From Candidatus Poribacteria bacterium (GTDB lineage: Bacteria; Poribacteria; WGA-4E; WGA-3G), in contig OZ219753.1 in assembly GCA_964291315.2 (NCBI GenBank), positions 2,496,001-2,560,000 of the forward strand: a DNA stretch of 64,000 bases, read 5' to 3'. Numbering within the stretch: position 1 is the stretch's first letter; every line of letters begins with the position of its first letter. Positions 1-9,950 of the stretch are shown one piece after another. The notes beneath the pieces are model-generated. The model was not told the DNA's origin, searched no databases, and saw nothing but the letters and a program-made list of their open reading frames with translations. Position numbers and translations under genes: made by a program.

Positions 1-663
1 CGGTTCTACGGTGTAATAGTCTGATGCATCATAGCCGTGGTAGGTTGGGCTAGCGAAAAATGGTGAGAGCCACACAGTGTTGCAACCCAGCGATTGGATA
101 TAATCAAGTTTCTGAATTGCACCGCGTAGCGTACCTCCGAAAAAGCCGGAAAGGGTCGTCGGCTTTTTCCATGATACCCCGTCTCCCGGATAGAATCGAT
201 CGAGAAAGATATGGTAGATAACTGCATCATAGATCCACGTTGGCGTATCGTGATTATCTACCGAGATTGCAAATTCCGTTGCTTCCGATAGGACGCACGT
301 TTGGTTGTCCGCAAAAACCCAGTTATTTGATCCCAGAACGCGTCCACCAATCTTGTAGCGCACCGTCGTCGGGTTTAGTTGCGGAGGAATCTCTCCATGC
401 CAATGTTGCACGTATCGCCATTCGAGTGTACTCCATACCGGTTCACTCTGGACAAGTTCAAAGGTACTTTCTTCACCATCTGCATTTATCCAACAGCGGA
501 CTGAGTCGTGAGCAACCTCGCTAGAAGTTGTTACGTGGAGTGTGATCGGCTGACTAGGCTCCGGGCGCATTGGAGATAATTGATGAAGATGCTTGATACC
601 TGTCAAGCTGCTTCGATATTCGGTGATACGATTCTTAAGATCTCTCTGTGTGCCAAACATCAT
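1..663 (-). CDS. GH13 alpha-amylase family glycosidase (neopullulanase/cyclomaltodextrinase-like), 5' part, runs off the window edge
   Basis: Not in the ORF track. Manual translation from ATG 663 is open to base 1 and gives WIYDAVIYHIFLDRF...FFGGTLRGAIQKLDYIQSLGCNTVWLSPFF...YHGYDASDYYTVEP, typical GH13 N-terminal catalytic motifs. Confidence 0.9.
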   Translation of the reverse strand, partial: MMFGTQRDLKNRITEYRSSLTGIKHLHQLSPMRPEPSQPITLHVTTSSEVAHDSVRCWINADGEESTFELVQSEPVWSTLEWRYVQHWHGEIPPQLNPTTVRYKIGGRVLGSNNWVFADNQTCVLSEATEFAISVDNHDTPTWIYDAVIYHIFLDRFYPGDGVSWKKPTTLSGFFGGTLRGAIQKLDYIQSLGCNTVWLSPFFASPTYHGYDASDYYTVEP

Positions 664-692
664 TTCTTTAGTGGTTTATGAGTCAAGAAAAT

Positions 693-722
693 AAAAAAGC
701 CGTGTAGTAAATACACGGCTTT
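693..722 (-). terminator. Intrinsic terminator after the IPT/TIG lipoprotein gene
   Basis: Stem aaagccgtgta / tacacggcttt with a 5-nt loop, followed by a T-run on the minus strand. Confidence 0.8.
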
Positions 723-743
723 AACGCTTACTTAGAAACGCCA

Positions 744-1706
744 CTATTTATCGCCCCAAGCACGCCCTCGCGGAATCAATAGGAGTTGTCCGACAACCAA
801 CCTTTTTCGATCAAAGATGTAAGCGTCCTGATTCGCGGCAACTAACCGTTCCCACATCTCTGAGTTATCAAAAATCTCAGGACGCGCGGCGATATGTTTC
901 AACGCAGATTCACCGTTTTCTTTCTGAATATCCTCTTCTTGGACATAATATTTGTAAAGTACTTTAGGACTAGTTGTGTTGAAACTAAAGCTGTGCGAAT
1001 TTTCGAGAACATTGCCTGCCATATCAGCAGCACCAGAAACGGTAACGGTATACCTGCGTCCCGCACGCATCGGCATATCAGATGTGAAGGTTATAGAATC
1101 TCCGCTTCCGGCAATTGTGCCTGATAGCGTTGCTGCTATCGGTTCGCTCATTGAATCTTCTGTTTTGGTGACGGTTACGTCTATAGATACACTATTCGGG
1201 TCAATCGGTTCGCTGAACGCTACCGACAGGCTATTCATCACATTCAGGGAATCTGTATATTCAGAAATCACTGTGCCGTCCGCTGGTTCATTCATTGTCA
1301 CAGTTGGCGGTGTTGCATCGGTATAGGTAAATTGCTGTGAGAGTGTGACAGGTACTTCAGGTTTCCCGTTGTTGGTAAGAACGACGGTCACGGATTGCCC
1401 CGCCGTCCCGCCGGGAGTCACTGCTGTGATTTGTGTTTCGCTGGGGACGGTTACGCTTTGGGCGTTCTTGCCGCCGAATGTTACAGTCACACCGTTTTTC
1501 ATATCAAATTTTTCACCAGTAATCTGGACAGTTGTTCCCCCGGTTTCGGGACCCTGCGTTGGGTTCATCCCAGACGGGACCGGTTCAGGATTACAACCGG
1601 CACAGCCTGCCATCCACGCGCAGACAAGCGTGAGGACAGCCAGAATGGTTACGCTTCTGAATTTTGACCAAGCTTGCGGGTCAAAACTTGTTCTAAAAAA
1701 GTTCAT
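744..1706 (-). CDS. Lipoprotein with IPT/TIG domain, Ig-like (Big_5-like) domain and C-terminal LysM-like module
   Basis: Hydrophobic signal ending MAGC; P..GP..GGT.V.I.G..F...V.FGG IPT pattern; D.TPPTV...P.DG and FSEPIDP.S Big_5 pattern; L..IA...W..L..AN...L.VGQ.L.IP tail. Start moved to 1706 because AAGGAG precedes it. Confidence 0.75.
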   Translation of the reverse strand: MNFFRTSFDPQAWSKFRSVTILAVLTLVCAWMAGCAGCNPEPVPSGMNPTQGPETGGTTVQITGEKFDMKNGVTVTFGGKNAQSVTVPSETQITAVTPGGTAGQSVTVVLTNNGKPEVPVTLSQQFTYTDATPPTVTMNEPADGTVISEYTDSLNVMNSLSVAFSEPIDPNSVSIDVTVTKTEDSMSEPIAATLSGTIAGSGDSITFTSDMPMRAGRRYTVTVSGAADMAGNVLENSHSFSFNTTSPKVLYKYYVQEEDIQKENGESALKHIAARPEIFDNSEMWERLVAANQDAYIFDRKRLVVGQLLLIPRGRAWGDK

Positions 1707-1886
1707 GAATTCAATCTCCTTATCGTCAAACAGGTTCTCATACTCTACCGCGCCAAATCTTACGGCTAAAAATGGCATAGTTTGCTACGCCAGGGTCCGC
1801 ATGAGCACTTAGCGTATGGAGCGAACTTACTATGAGAAGTAGGATTTCGTGGATTAGAGGGAAGCCTCTAAATTGTGCCTTTAATT

Positions 1887-1916
1887 ATTATACACGTAAG
1901 TTGTGCCACTTGTCAA
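1887..1916 (-). promoter_or_regulatory. Sigma70-type promoter TTGACA-18-TATAAT
   Basis: Both consensus hexamers on the minus strand upstream of the lipoprotein gene. Confidence 0.7.
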
Positions 1917-1961
1917 CACTTTTTTCATAGGTCGCAAGCGAAAACTTACTCTGCAGATGCT

Positions 1962-2810
1962 CTAACTGCGCCAAGCTGTCCGTTTTAACGGGTCATATAC
2001 GTCAACTGTCAGTCCTGGACCAAAACCTTCTACTGATAATTCGACTGTATCTCCGTCGCCGACTGCGGTGAGGGCTTCGTGATGAGTTCCGGTAGAAACA
2101 ACGTCACCCGGTTCCAACGTTACCACGTTGGTTACCTCGGCAAGCAGTTCAGGGATAAAGCGTGCCATCGAATTTGTTGAGAAATCGTGTTGCAAACTTT
2201 CGTTGATCCAGAGTTGCACGCCGAGTGTGTTCGCGTCCGCTACTTCGTCAGCAGTAACGAGCGCTGGACCCATCGGGGCAAACGTATGCCAACTTTTCCC
2301 TAAAAAGAAACCGCCCGGCAGACCTCGGGCAGAGACATCAATGAACTGCGTGTAACCAAATATGCAATCTAACGCTTTCTCTTTAGTGAGCCGTTTTGCT
2401 GTTTTTCCGATAACAATTGCGAGTTCCGGTTCAAAGTGGAACACGGTTACGTCCGCTTCCGGAAGCTCGACCGTGTCCATTGTGTTAATAATGCCAGTTG
2501 GCGACTTCAGGAAGGCGTTGAACTCGCCCCGGGATGGACTTTCCGGTTCGATATAATTCCCCGCAAGACAGACGAGTTGCCCCGGACGTGGAACAGGGGC
2601 TTTGAAGCTGACACTGTCTAAAGCAGCAGCGGTACCATTTTCAACTGTATCTTCTATTTCTGTGCGTAGATTGTCAAAATCTTTAATCACCCCTTGTATC
2701 AGTTCTTGCGGCGTGTGGTAAGAAAGACCGCTGAGGGCATCATTGATGTCAACAACCCCTTCTTCTGTTATTACACCGAGTTGATAGTTATTAAAGAATG
2801 CAAGTTTCAT
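1962..2810 (-). CDS. Fumarylacetoacetate hydrolase family protein
   Basis: FLKSP, HFEPELAIVIGK, GYT...DVSAR, GKSWHTFAPMGP, LEPGDVVSTGT motifs. Confidence 0.9.
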   Translation of the reverse strand: MKLAFFNNYQLGVITEEGVVDINDALSGLSYHTPQELIQGVIKDFDNLRTEIEDTVENGTAAALDSVSFKAPVPRPGQLVCLAGNYIEPESPSRGEFNAFLKSPTGIINTMDTVELPEADVTVFHFEPELAIVIGKTAKRLTKEKALDCIFGYTQFIDVSARGLPGGFFLGKSWHTFAPMGPALVTADEVADANTLGVQLWINESLQHDFSTNSMARFIPELLAEVTNVVTLEPGDVVSTGTHHEALTAVGDGDTVELSVEGFGPGLTVDVYDPLKRTAWRS

Positions 2811-2825
2811 TTAGTTTTTTGCTCC

Positions 2826-3017
2826 TGTGCTAAGACGTTTTGCAAACGGATAATTCTGAGCCTCTAACGGCAGGTGCACCTTCGTTCCGATGAAATCAGA
2901 AACGGAGGTTGCATTTGTACCCTCAAGCGACGTGAGGGCCTTACTGCCTCCGATTCTGGTTGGTTTCCGCTAAGAATTGCGTTTTGCCTGTTTTCCGTCT
3001 TCCAGATTTTGCACAAC
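2826..3017 (-). ncRNA. Candidate ~190-nt structured RNA (6S-like rod) or structured leader
   Basis: Nested inverted repeats spanning 2826-3015, with a TACAAT -10 element at 3028-3023 just upstream; see findings. Confidence 0.35.
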
Positions 3018-3189
3018 TCACTATTGTACGTAAAGTCAGCTTCCGGCACATCGTGTCTCTGATATGTAATATGTACCTGAATCCAAGAGAGGCCAACCAA
3101 AAATCTAATTTATTTCTGATAATATAAGCGATGATTGGCGGTTCTATGTTAAGGTGTATTGCAAAGAGCACAAACCAAAGTTCTGAAGC

Positions 3190-4209
3190 TTATTCTGGGC
3201 AGTCTTTGGTCATCTCTCGTAACGCCTGCCACTGTGCCGCGTCCACAATGACCCCTTTTTTAAGGCTTTCCTGTCGTGTCCGTAGCATTCCTTCCCCCGG
3301 ATACCTCACACTTTCATTTTCATCTAGCGGTATTGATGTGTGGAAATCGTCAATAATCGCAGCTACTGTTTCGTCCAAGGCTGCTTGCTCCATCATAGCT
3401 GTAGCATTTATCGCCATGTACACCTGAGAAACTGCGTATTCAGATTCCTGATTTCCGATTTCGTGTGTGGCTTGTCCGCCTGAAATAACGGAGGCCATTG
3501 TGTCGAGCACCAAAGCGAGTCCAGACCCTTTCCAATAGCCGATAGGAAGAGCTCTTGCGGAGTCAAGAATCTCGCCGGGGTCAACCGTCAGTTTCCCGTG
3601 AGTGTCGTATCCACCCGGCAGTGGTAATTCTTTTTTCTGCAGCTTCAGCACTTCTAATTTCCCATTTGAGTACTGGCTCATCGCCATATCCAATAGAATG
3701 TGTCCTTCTTTTCGCGGTATGGCAATTGCCATCGGATTGTTCCCAATCTTTTTTTCCGCAGAACCCCATGGCGGCATGAGTCGAGTCGTATTCGTCCAGC
3801 ATATTCCGATGTATCCGGCTTCTGCTGCTTGCAGTGCGTAAGCACCACCGCGCATCCAGTGGTTCGTATTTGAGAGTCCTACGCCGCCGATACCGTGAAC
3901 CTCCGCCAGTTCGGTTGCCCGTTGCATACAGAAGTGAGCATTGACGAGCCCGACCCCCATCTTACCGTCCCACCGCTCCAAGGCACCGAAGCTCTCAGTT
4001 TTCTCTGGTTGCGTCCGGAAATTAATCTGTTTACGCCGTAATCCTTCAACGAAGCCGGGGAAACGATTCAGCCCATGTGAGAACACACCGTCGCGTTGGT
4101 TCTCAGCGAATAGTCTGGCACATAACTTCGCTCGCTCGTCGGTAAAACCGATACTCGCGAGCACACGATAAAATTCCTCTTGTAAGGTTTGAAAAGGCAC
4201 GCGTTTCAT
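3190..4209 (-). CDS. yiaK: 3-dehydro-L-gulonate 2-dehydrogenase (2,3-diketo-L-gulonate reductase), Ldh_2 family
   Basis: GVFSHGLNRFP, NTNHWMRGG, ICWTNT, IGNNP, DMAMSQYS, LPIGYWKGSGL, VRYPG are characteristic of YiaK/DlgD. Confidence 0.9.
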   Translation of the reverse strand: MKRVPFQTLQEEFYRVLASIGFTDERAKLCARLFAENQRDGVFSHGLNRFPGFVEGLRRKQINFRTQPEKTESFGALERWDGKMGVGLVNAHFCMQRATELAEVHGIGGVGLSNTNHWMRGGAYALQAAEAGYIGICWTNTTRLMPPWGSAEKKIGNNPMAIAIPRKEGHILLDMAMSQYSNGKLEVLKLQKKELPLPGGYDTHGKLTVDPGEILDSARALPIGYWKGSGLALVLDTMASVISGGQATHEIGNQESEYAVSQVYMAINATAMMEQAALDETVAAIIDDFHTSIPLDENESVRYPGEGMLRTRQESLKKGVIVDAAQWQALREMTKDCPE

Positions 4210-4582
4210 ACAATCTTTCTATTCTCATCAATTTGTTAAAGGGCATTATGCCTGATGTCTGAGAAAAATGCAAGATATTTCTCTCTTCATTTATTTCAGT
4301 TCATGCAAACCAGACGCGTCAAGGCAGCTACGGAGGCGCTTCACAGGCAACCTTCACGTATCTTATTGTCGATCTCAAAAATTAATGAATTCATTGCTGG
4401 TGCAAGTTTTGTCCGTGGCAGTGTCTTTTCTATGAGCAGTGTGAAACCTTTGCTCTCTTTGCAGAAGCTGCCGAGGTGTTAGGTAACAAATTCGAGGGTC
4501 CTATTTTCTATCTCCAGGTGCATCGCGCGCCGCTTGGGATCGGTTTAAAGTGATTTTTTAACCCTTGGATGCTTATGTTTGC

Positions 4583-5443
4583 TCATCGCCACATTTGGAG
4601 CCACTTTTTCAAGGATGTCAGCGGTTGCGTTTCGCTACGGATGACCCACTTGAAATTAGGGTTTTTCCAGTATATTGTGCCCGGATGGTCGCCGTCACGG
4701 AGGTAGCGAATATCAATCGCCCAACGGATAACCTCACTTGTGGTGTGTGGTAATGATCGATGGAGCGTCAGGTTGTGGAACACTAAGGCATCTCCTAACT
4801 CCATGGGGCAGGTAACAATACGAGAAGCATCCACAAGTTCGTCTATCACCTCAAGAAATTTCCCTTCCTGTTCTTCTGTGTGATGATTGACCGCCCCTAA
4901 CCGGTGTGAGCCTGCGACTACTTGCAAGCAGCCGTTGGTATCATCGACCGGCACCAGTGGTATCCACACGGTCGGTATGACCGAAGTTTCGCTCACTGTA
5001 CCGAAGTAGCCACTGTCTTGGTGCCAAGGGACAACTGTCAATTGCTGACCGGGGAGTTTAGGACGCGCGTTGAAAACAGGGTGCCCAATGACATCTGTGC
5101 CTGTGAGCTGGGCAATTGCGTCCACAAGCGGAGCTGCGTGGTGCAACTCGAAAATTTCGGATGTCGCAACTTGGTTGCGCCAAGAACGACCAAAACGGTT
5201 AGCGTGTTCACTAGCGACTTGCGCGAGCCTTGTTTCAAACGGCAGTTCCAATCCTTCATCTTCTATGACCCCGTCCTCTTTTAAATCACGAATTATGCTG
5301 TCTACGACACGAGCGAAGCTGTCCCGCACACCGTTAATCGCAGGTTCTGGAACAACATTTTTCAGTAGTAAATATCCGTCGTTCACCCATTGATCCATCT
5401 GTTCAGATGATAGTCGGGATGTCTGTTTTTGATAAGTGGGCAT
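4583..5443 (-). CDS. Phytanoyl-CoA dioxygenase (PhyH) family Fe(II)/2OG oxygenase
   Basis: DGYL, PWHQD, W.PL......NGCL.V..GSH, GD.L.F...T.H.S. Confidence 0.9.
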   Translation of the reverse strand: MPTYQKQTSRLSSEQMDQWVNDGYLLLKNVVPEPAINGVRDSFARVVDSIIRDLKEDGVIEDEGLELPFETRLAQVASEHANRFGRSWRNQVATSEIFELHHAAPLVDAIAQLTGTDVIGHPVFNARPKLPGQQLTVVPWHQDSGYFGTVSETSVIPTVWIPLVPVDDTNGCLQVVAGSHRLGAVNHHTEEQEGKFLEVIDELVDASRIVTCPMELGDALVFHNLTLHRSLPHTTSEVIRWAIDIRYLRDGDHPGTIYWKNPNFKWVIRSETQPLTSLKKWLQMWR

Positions 5444-5608
5444 TTATTCCATTCCACGGTTTGAAGAATTTTAAGAATTAAGATGACAAAAAGGACAAAC
5501 ATTGCAAAAATAGTAGCATATTTGCCAAAAAATGTCAAAAAAAGATTTGATACTGTTGATGATGTTTCACTTACAGAATGATACCTTTACATCAAAGGAG
5601 ATCAGGTA

Positions 5609-6982
5609 ATGACAACTTTAACACAGACCGAGAACCAAATTAGACCGCTCTATATTGATGGATACACCGATCAACTCAGTTATGCTCCCGGGACCGAGAT
5701 CGCATTCCATATTTCAACGAGTGCAGAAAACTATGCGCTGGAGATTGCGCGCATCGGAGCAACGCGTGAGACCGTTTGGAGTCAAGCTGGACTCCCTGGT
5801 GAAGCGCAGCCGATTCCCGAAGACGTCTCATCACAAGGGTGTGGATGGTCCCCTATCTTTACACTAGAAGTCCCTGAGACGTGGCAGAGCGGCTATTACG
5901 AAGGCACACTCCGTGCAACCGATAGCGGTGGTCAGCACATCTATAGAAACCATCGCATGGCTGAAAGCACGCTTTTCTTTATTGTCCGCCCTGCAACACC
6001 CGGGTCGAATACGTCTATTTTGCTGCAGCTCTCTACGAATACTTATAATGCCTACAACAACTGGGGCGGCTTCAGCCTTTACGGGTATCACGGGAAGAGC
6101 AAGATACAAGGCAATCGCGTCTCGTTTGACCGGCCCACTCGCGGTATCTTCAGAAATTGGGAGTTGCCGTTTATTGTCTGGGCAGAACAGAACGGGTATA
6201 CTCTTGATTACGCCGCGAATAGTGATATGGAATTTCGCCCTGAGATGTTGGCACATTACAGACTCGTGTTGAGCGTCGGCCATGATGAATATTGGTCTGC
6301 TCCAATGCGTGATCACTTTGAGGCATTTATTGCGAAAGGAGGAAACGCTGCCTTCTTCAGCGGGAATTCCGTCTGCTGGCAGGTACGCTCCGAAGATGAC
6401 GGCAGGGCCCTCGTCTGCTGGAAGCAGAACTATAATCAGGACCCAGTTTACCAAACCGAGGATTATAGTACGCTCAGTACACTATGGAGTCACTATCTTG
6501 TGGGGCGTCCTGAAAACCAATTGACCGGTGTCGGTTTCCTTCGAGGCGGTTATCATTTGAGCCACGGACAATTTATGGATGGCCCGGGAGAATATACCGT
6601 TCATCGTCCGGAACATTGGGTGTTTGAGGGGACAAACCTCGTGGAAGATGACACTTTCGGGGCAGCAGATACCATCGTCGGCTACGAGTGCGACGGGTGT
6701 GAATGGACTCTTGAGGACGGTTTACCTGTTCCAACCTATCGCGATGGCACGCCTGAAGGTTTCACGATTCTCGCCACGGCTCCTGTCCGTTGGCATCCTG
6801 ATGATTGTGAGTGGTACGAACAGTGGGAAAGAGGAAGAACCGGGGCTGCAACGATGGGCATCTATACAAAGGGCGGAACCGTCTTTACCGCCGCTACAAC
6901 CGATTGGGCACACGGACTAGCAGGTAACGACGCAGTGGTTGAACGGATCACACATAACGTCCTTCAACGACTTGCAACATAG
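5609..6982 (+). CDS. N,N-dimethylformamidase beta-subunit-like domain protein
   Basis: GYTDQLSYAPG, TYNAYNNWGGFSLY, VSFDRP, SVGHDEYWS, FFSGN, GYECDG, VFTAATTDW. Confidence 0.8.
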   Translation: MTTLTQTENQIRPLYIDGYTDQLSYAPGTEIAFHISTSAENYALEIARIGATRETVWSQAGLPGEAQPIPEDVSSQGCGWSPIFTLEVPETWQSGYYEGTLRATDSGGQHIYRNHRMAESTLFFIVRPATPGSNTSILLQLSTNTYNAYNNWGGFSLYGYHGKSKIQGNRVSFDRPTRGIFRNWELPFIVWAEQNGYTLDYAANSDMEFRPEMLAHYRLVLSVGHDEYWSAPMRDHFEAFIAKGGNAAFFSGNSVCWQVRSEDDGRALVCWKQNYNQDPVYQTEDYSTLSTLWSHYLVGRPENQLTGVGFLRGGYHLSHGQFMDGPGEYTVHRPEHWVFEGTNLVEDDTFGAADTIVGYECDGCEWTLEDGLPVPTYRDGTPEGFTILATAPVRWHPDDCEWYEQWERGRTGAATMGIYTKGGTVFTAATTDWAHGLAGNDAVVERITHNVLQRLAT

Positions 6983-7033
6983 CTGTGTTGACGCGTTTTT
7001 AGATAGCTTATCCACTCTAAAGCAATTATTTTG

Positions 7034-7062
7034 TTGCCAATTCTCTGATGAAATGCTATTCT
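7034..7062 (+). promoter_or_regulatory. Sigma70-type promoter TTGCCA-17-TATTCT with extended -10
   Basis: Hexamers with 17-bp spacing and TGn upstream of the -10. Confidence 0.5.
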
Positions 7063-7366
7063 AAAAGAATAGGTTGAGGCAGAGGAGGTTATTTTCCCAG
7101 TTGCGGAGTTGCTACCGCTAGAGGTATAAGCACACTTTGGAGGAAAAGGTGGCGCGCGTACCGCCGGATATATGAAAACAACACACCGACGCAAGCTTTT
7201 CTCCACGCACTGCCCGATATCCGCGGCGTGTGATCTGTGATCTCAGATTTTTCGATTTTCCGGGTGGACCCATTGATGCCCCGGTCGAAAAGTTAGAGAC
7301 GATTGTGAATGCAAATCAGGCGTTAGAGGAATATTGTCAGCAACGCCAAACGGAGATTTGAATATC

Positions 7367-8158
7367 ATGCAAAATGTTGCTGTTATTACGGGGGCAGCGA
7401 GCGGGATTGGAAAAGGTCTCGCGCAACGTTTCGCAGCGGAAGACATGAAAGTCGTTCTTGCCGATGTTGAGGAGGGACCGTTAACCGAACTTGCAGCGAA
7501 CTTAGAGGCTCAAGGTGCGGACGTTCTCATTGTCAAAACGGATGTTTCAAACGCGGCTGAAGTCGAAAATCTTGCCCACCAAACACTCGACACTTTTGGA
7601 GCAGTACACCTCCTTTGTAACAATGCCGGCGTCGTCTGTAGCCGTCCTATCTGGGAGCATACTCTTGCCGATTGGGAGTGGGTGTTAGGCGTTAACCTAT
7701 GGGGCGTGATTCACGGTATCCGCGCGTTTGTACCACGTATGCTCGCGCAAGGTGACACTTGTCATATTGTGAATACCGCGTCTATTTTGGGTTTGGTCGG
7801 CGGCAGCGGCGAAGGCATCTACAAAGTGAGCAAACACGGTGTCGTCGTGCTTTCGGAAACCCTGGCCGATGAATTAGCACAAAAAGGAGCGAATATTCAA
7901 GTGCATGTGCTTTGCCCCGGGTGGGTTCGCACCGGAATTCTGGAGTCTGCCCGGAATCGACCGGACACACTGCAAAATCCAGATGAACAGTGGCTCGGAG
8001 GTTTACGGAATAGTCACGACAAGATGGAAGCAGGGCTGTCACCCGCAGAGGTAGCAGATCAGGTCTATAATGCGATACAGAACGGCACTTTCTATATTCA
8101 CACCCATCCTAAGCACAAAGCGTGGATTCGCGAGCGGATGGCGCGTATTCTTGAGTAA
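7367..8158 (+). CDS. Short-chain dehydrogenase/reductase (SDR)
   Basis: TGAASGIG, NNAGV, YKVSK catalytic motif; ATG 7367 preferred over TTG 7334. Confidence 0.92.
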   Translation: MQNVAVITGAASGIGKGLAQRFAAEDMKVVLADVEEGPLTELAANLEAQGADVLIVKTDVSNAAEVENLAHQTLDTFGAVHLLCNNAGVVCSRPIWEHTLADWEWVLGVNLWGVIHGIRAFVPRMLAQGDTCHIVNTASILGLVGGSGEGIYKVSKHGVVVLSETLADELAQKGANIQVHVLCPGWVRTGILESARNRPDTLQNPDEQWLGGLRNSHDKMEAGLSPAEVADQVYNAIQNGTFYIHTHPKHKAWIRERMARILE

Positions 8159-8386
8159 TTTCCCTTCACAAAACCCACAATTCCGTGTACTCTTAATCTT
8201 TATACTATCCGTTGAGCCGATTCGGACTTTAGCGGGTGCCATAAGTGGCATCATACCGTTTTTAGAAAAAGATGCAAGGCAAGATTTTGATTGACTTCTG
8301 TAGTTTAGAGAAGCTATAATACAGTGAGATGGATTTCTGGCGGTAGCCAGCAATTTGCTCTTAAAACGCGTAAAGGGGGAAATGGT

Positions 8387-8887
8387 GTGTTTCGCTTTAG
8401 CTTGAAAGCGCGGAGCATTGTGCTCGTTGGTATCTGTATTCTTTTTATATTTTCGTGTGGAAGTGGCACGATTCAGAATTTTGAAGGTATTGAAATTCAG
8501 TCGGATCCGCGGGTGGATAGGATTGACTTGAGGATCTATCTGCTGGACAAAAATGGTACACCTTTGATATGGAACCAGAGCATCTTAAGCCCAAGGGTCG
8601 GAATGAGCACAATCTCTGAAGCCGATTTTACCACCAATGCCAAGGTCTACTCTATACGTAATGGTGTGAAGCATCGGAAGGTCTACGATGGCAGGCTGCT
8701 TGACCTCCGCTGGTCACAGGAACTCCATCGGCTCGACCGACTCATGACTGCAGAGATCCCGCGCACCCTCATTCAGGAAGACCCCGAACGCGATACCCCG
8801 TTAGGGATCATCACTGTTGAAATCCAGACTGAGAAACAGGGACCCTTCTCAGATACCTTAGAAAAAACTGCCATCTATAAGTATTAA
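8387..8887 (+). CDS. Hypothetical lipoprotein
   Basis: GTG after an AAGGGGG RBS; hydrophobic stretch ending IFSC (lipobox-like). Confidence 0.6.
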   Translation: MFRFSLKARSIVLVGICILFIFSCGSGTIQNFEGIEIQSDPRVDRIDLRIYLLDKNGTPLIWNQSILSPRVGMSTISEADFTTNAKVYSIRNGVKHRKVYDGRLLDLRWSQELHRLDRLMTAEIPRTLIQEDPERDTPLGIITVEIQTEKQGPFSDTLEKTAIYKY

Positions 8888-8929
8888 GACCGCTAGATGC
8901 CCGCATACCGAAGCTAAACGGCAAAAAAT

Positions 8930-9790
8930 ATGCCCATTCACACACAGAACTACCGACATTGGGAAGGCACGTTGGAAACCCGTAGTCACACACGGTGGTG
9001 GATTATTGCAAAGGCAGAGCTGAAATTGCTTGCAAGACGCAAATTCGTCCGGTTGATTGTCGCTATTCCGCCTTTAATTTATATCCTTGCCCATGCAATG
9101 CTTATTTATGTCTTTAATCAAGTACCGAATGTAGAGTTCCCGTTTGACATTGATAGCGAATTTTTCCAGAAATTTCTGTTCCGAATTACCCCCTTTCCAT
9201 CAGTGCTTATCGTCGCACTGATTGCTGTTTTCGGAGGTTCAGGATTAATCTCCACCGATCTGAAGAACAACGCGCTCTCGCTTTATCTCTCCAAACCAAT
9301 TTCCTGGATCGATTACTTAATTGGTAAACTTGCCGTTATCGGTATTTTACTCGGCTGCTTAACATTAATCCCCGGGCTGTTGTTATTTCTTGAACATTCG
9401 TTGCTGGGCGGTCTCTCTTTTTTCACGGAAAATTATTGGCTACCTTTTTCAATCATCGGCTATTCAGTGATTATTATCCTCCCGACGAGTCTGTTGATAC
9501 TGCTGTTTTCATCACTGACCACAAACCCTCGTTATGCTATAATTGGCTTCTCGGCTGTGTGGTTCGGATCGCCTGTCGTCTATGAGGTACTCAAAGGAAT
9601 TACGCGCACCAGCAAAGTGGGTATAGTCTCTATTTGGGCGAACTATGACATTCTCGGTACGACCCTATTTGGCGGCTTACCAGACTATAGCTTACATTGG
9701 GTTTGGCCGCTCCTCGTCCAGAGCGCGTTGATAGTTTTTTGTCTTTTCGTGCTACGGCATCGCATCCGCGCAGTTGAAGTCGTCAAATAG
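8930..9790 (+). CDS. ABC-2 type transporter permease
   Basis: Multiple TM segments; GSGLISTDLKNNALSLYLSKPISWIDYLIGK motif. Confidence 0.8.
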   Translation: MPIHTQNYRHWEGTLETRSHTRWWIIAKAELKLLARRKFVRLIVAIPPLIYILAHAMLIYVFNQVPNVEFPFDIDSEFFQKFLFRITPFPSVLIVALIAVFGGSGLISTDLKNNALSLYLSKPISWIDYLIGKLAVIGILLGCLTLIPGLLLFLEHSLLGGLSFFTENYWLPFSIIGYSVIIILPTSLLILLFSSLTTNPRYAIIGFSAVWFGSPVVYEVLKGITRTSKVGIVSIWANYDILGTTLFGGLPDYSLHWVWPLLVQSALIVFCLFVLRHRIRAVEVVK

Positions 9791-9950
9791 CTCTGCTTGC
9801 TGTAGGAGGTTCCCCGGTTCCTGACAAACTGCGTTCGAGTGTCAGTGTTGAACCCAGTGTTGCAGAAGTCTCCGCTTTTCCTATAATTTTCATGCGGGTA
9901 CCCAAACTTCGAAATACAGCGCAATGTGGAAAAGCGTTGGAATCAGGAGT

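Noticed and set aside
2870-2895. Glycine riboswitch (GAAGGTGCA on the minus strand)
   Set aside because: The other conserved elements (GGAGA, CTCTCAGG) are absent
7069-7330. Lysine or other known riboswitch upstream of the SDR gene
   Set aside because: Only isolated AGAGG/GAAAAGG words; the required helices could not be built
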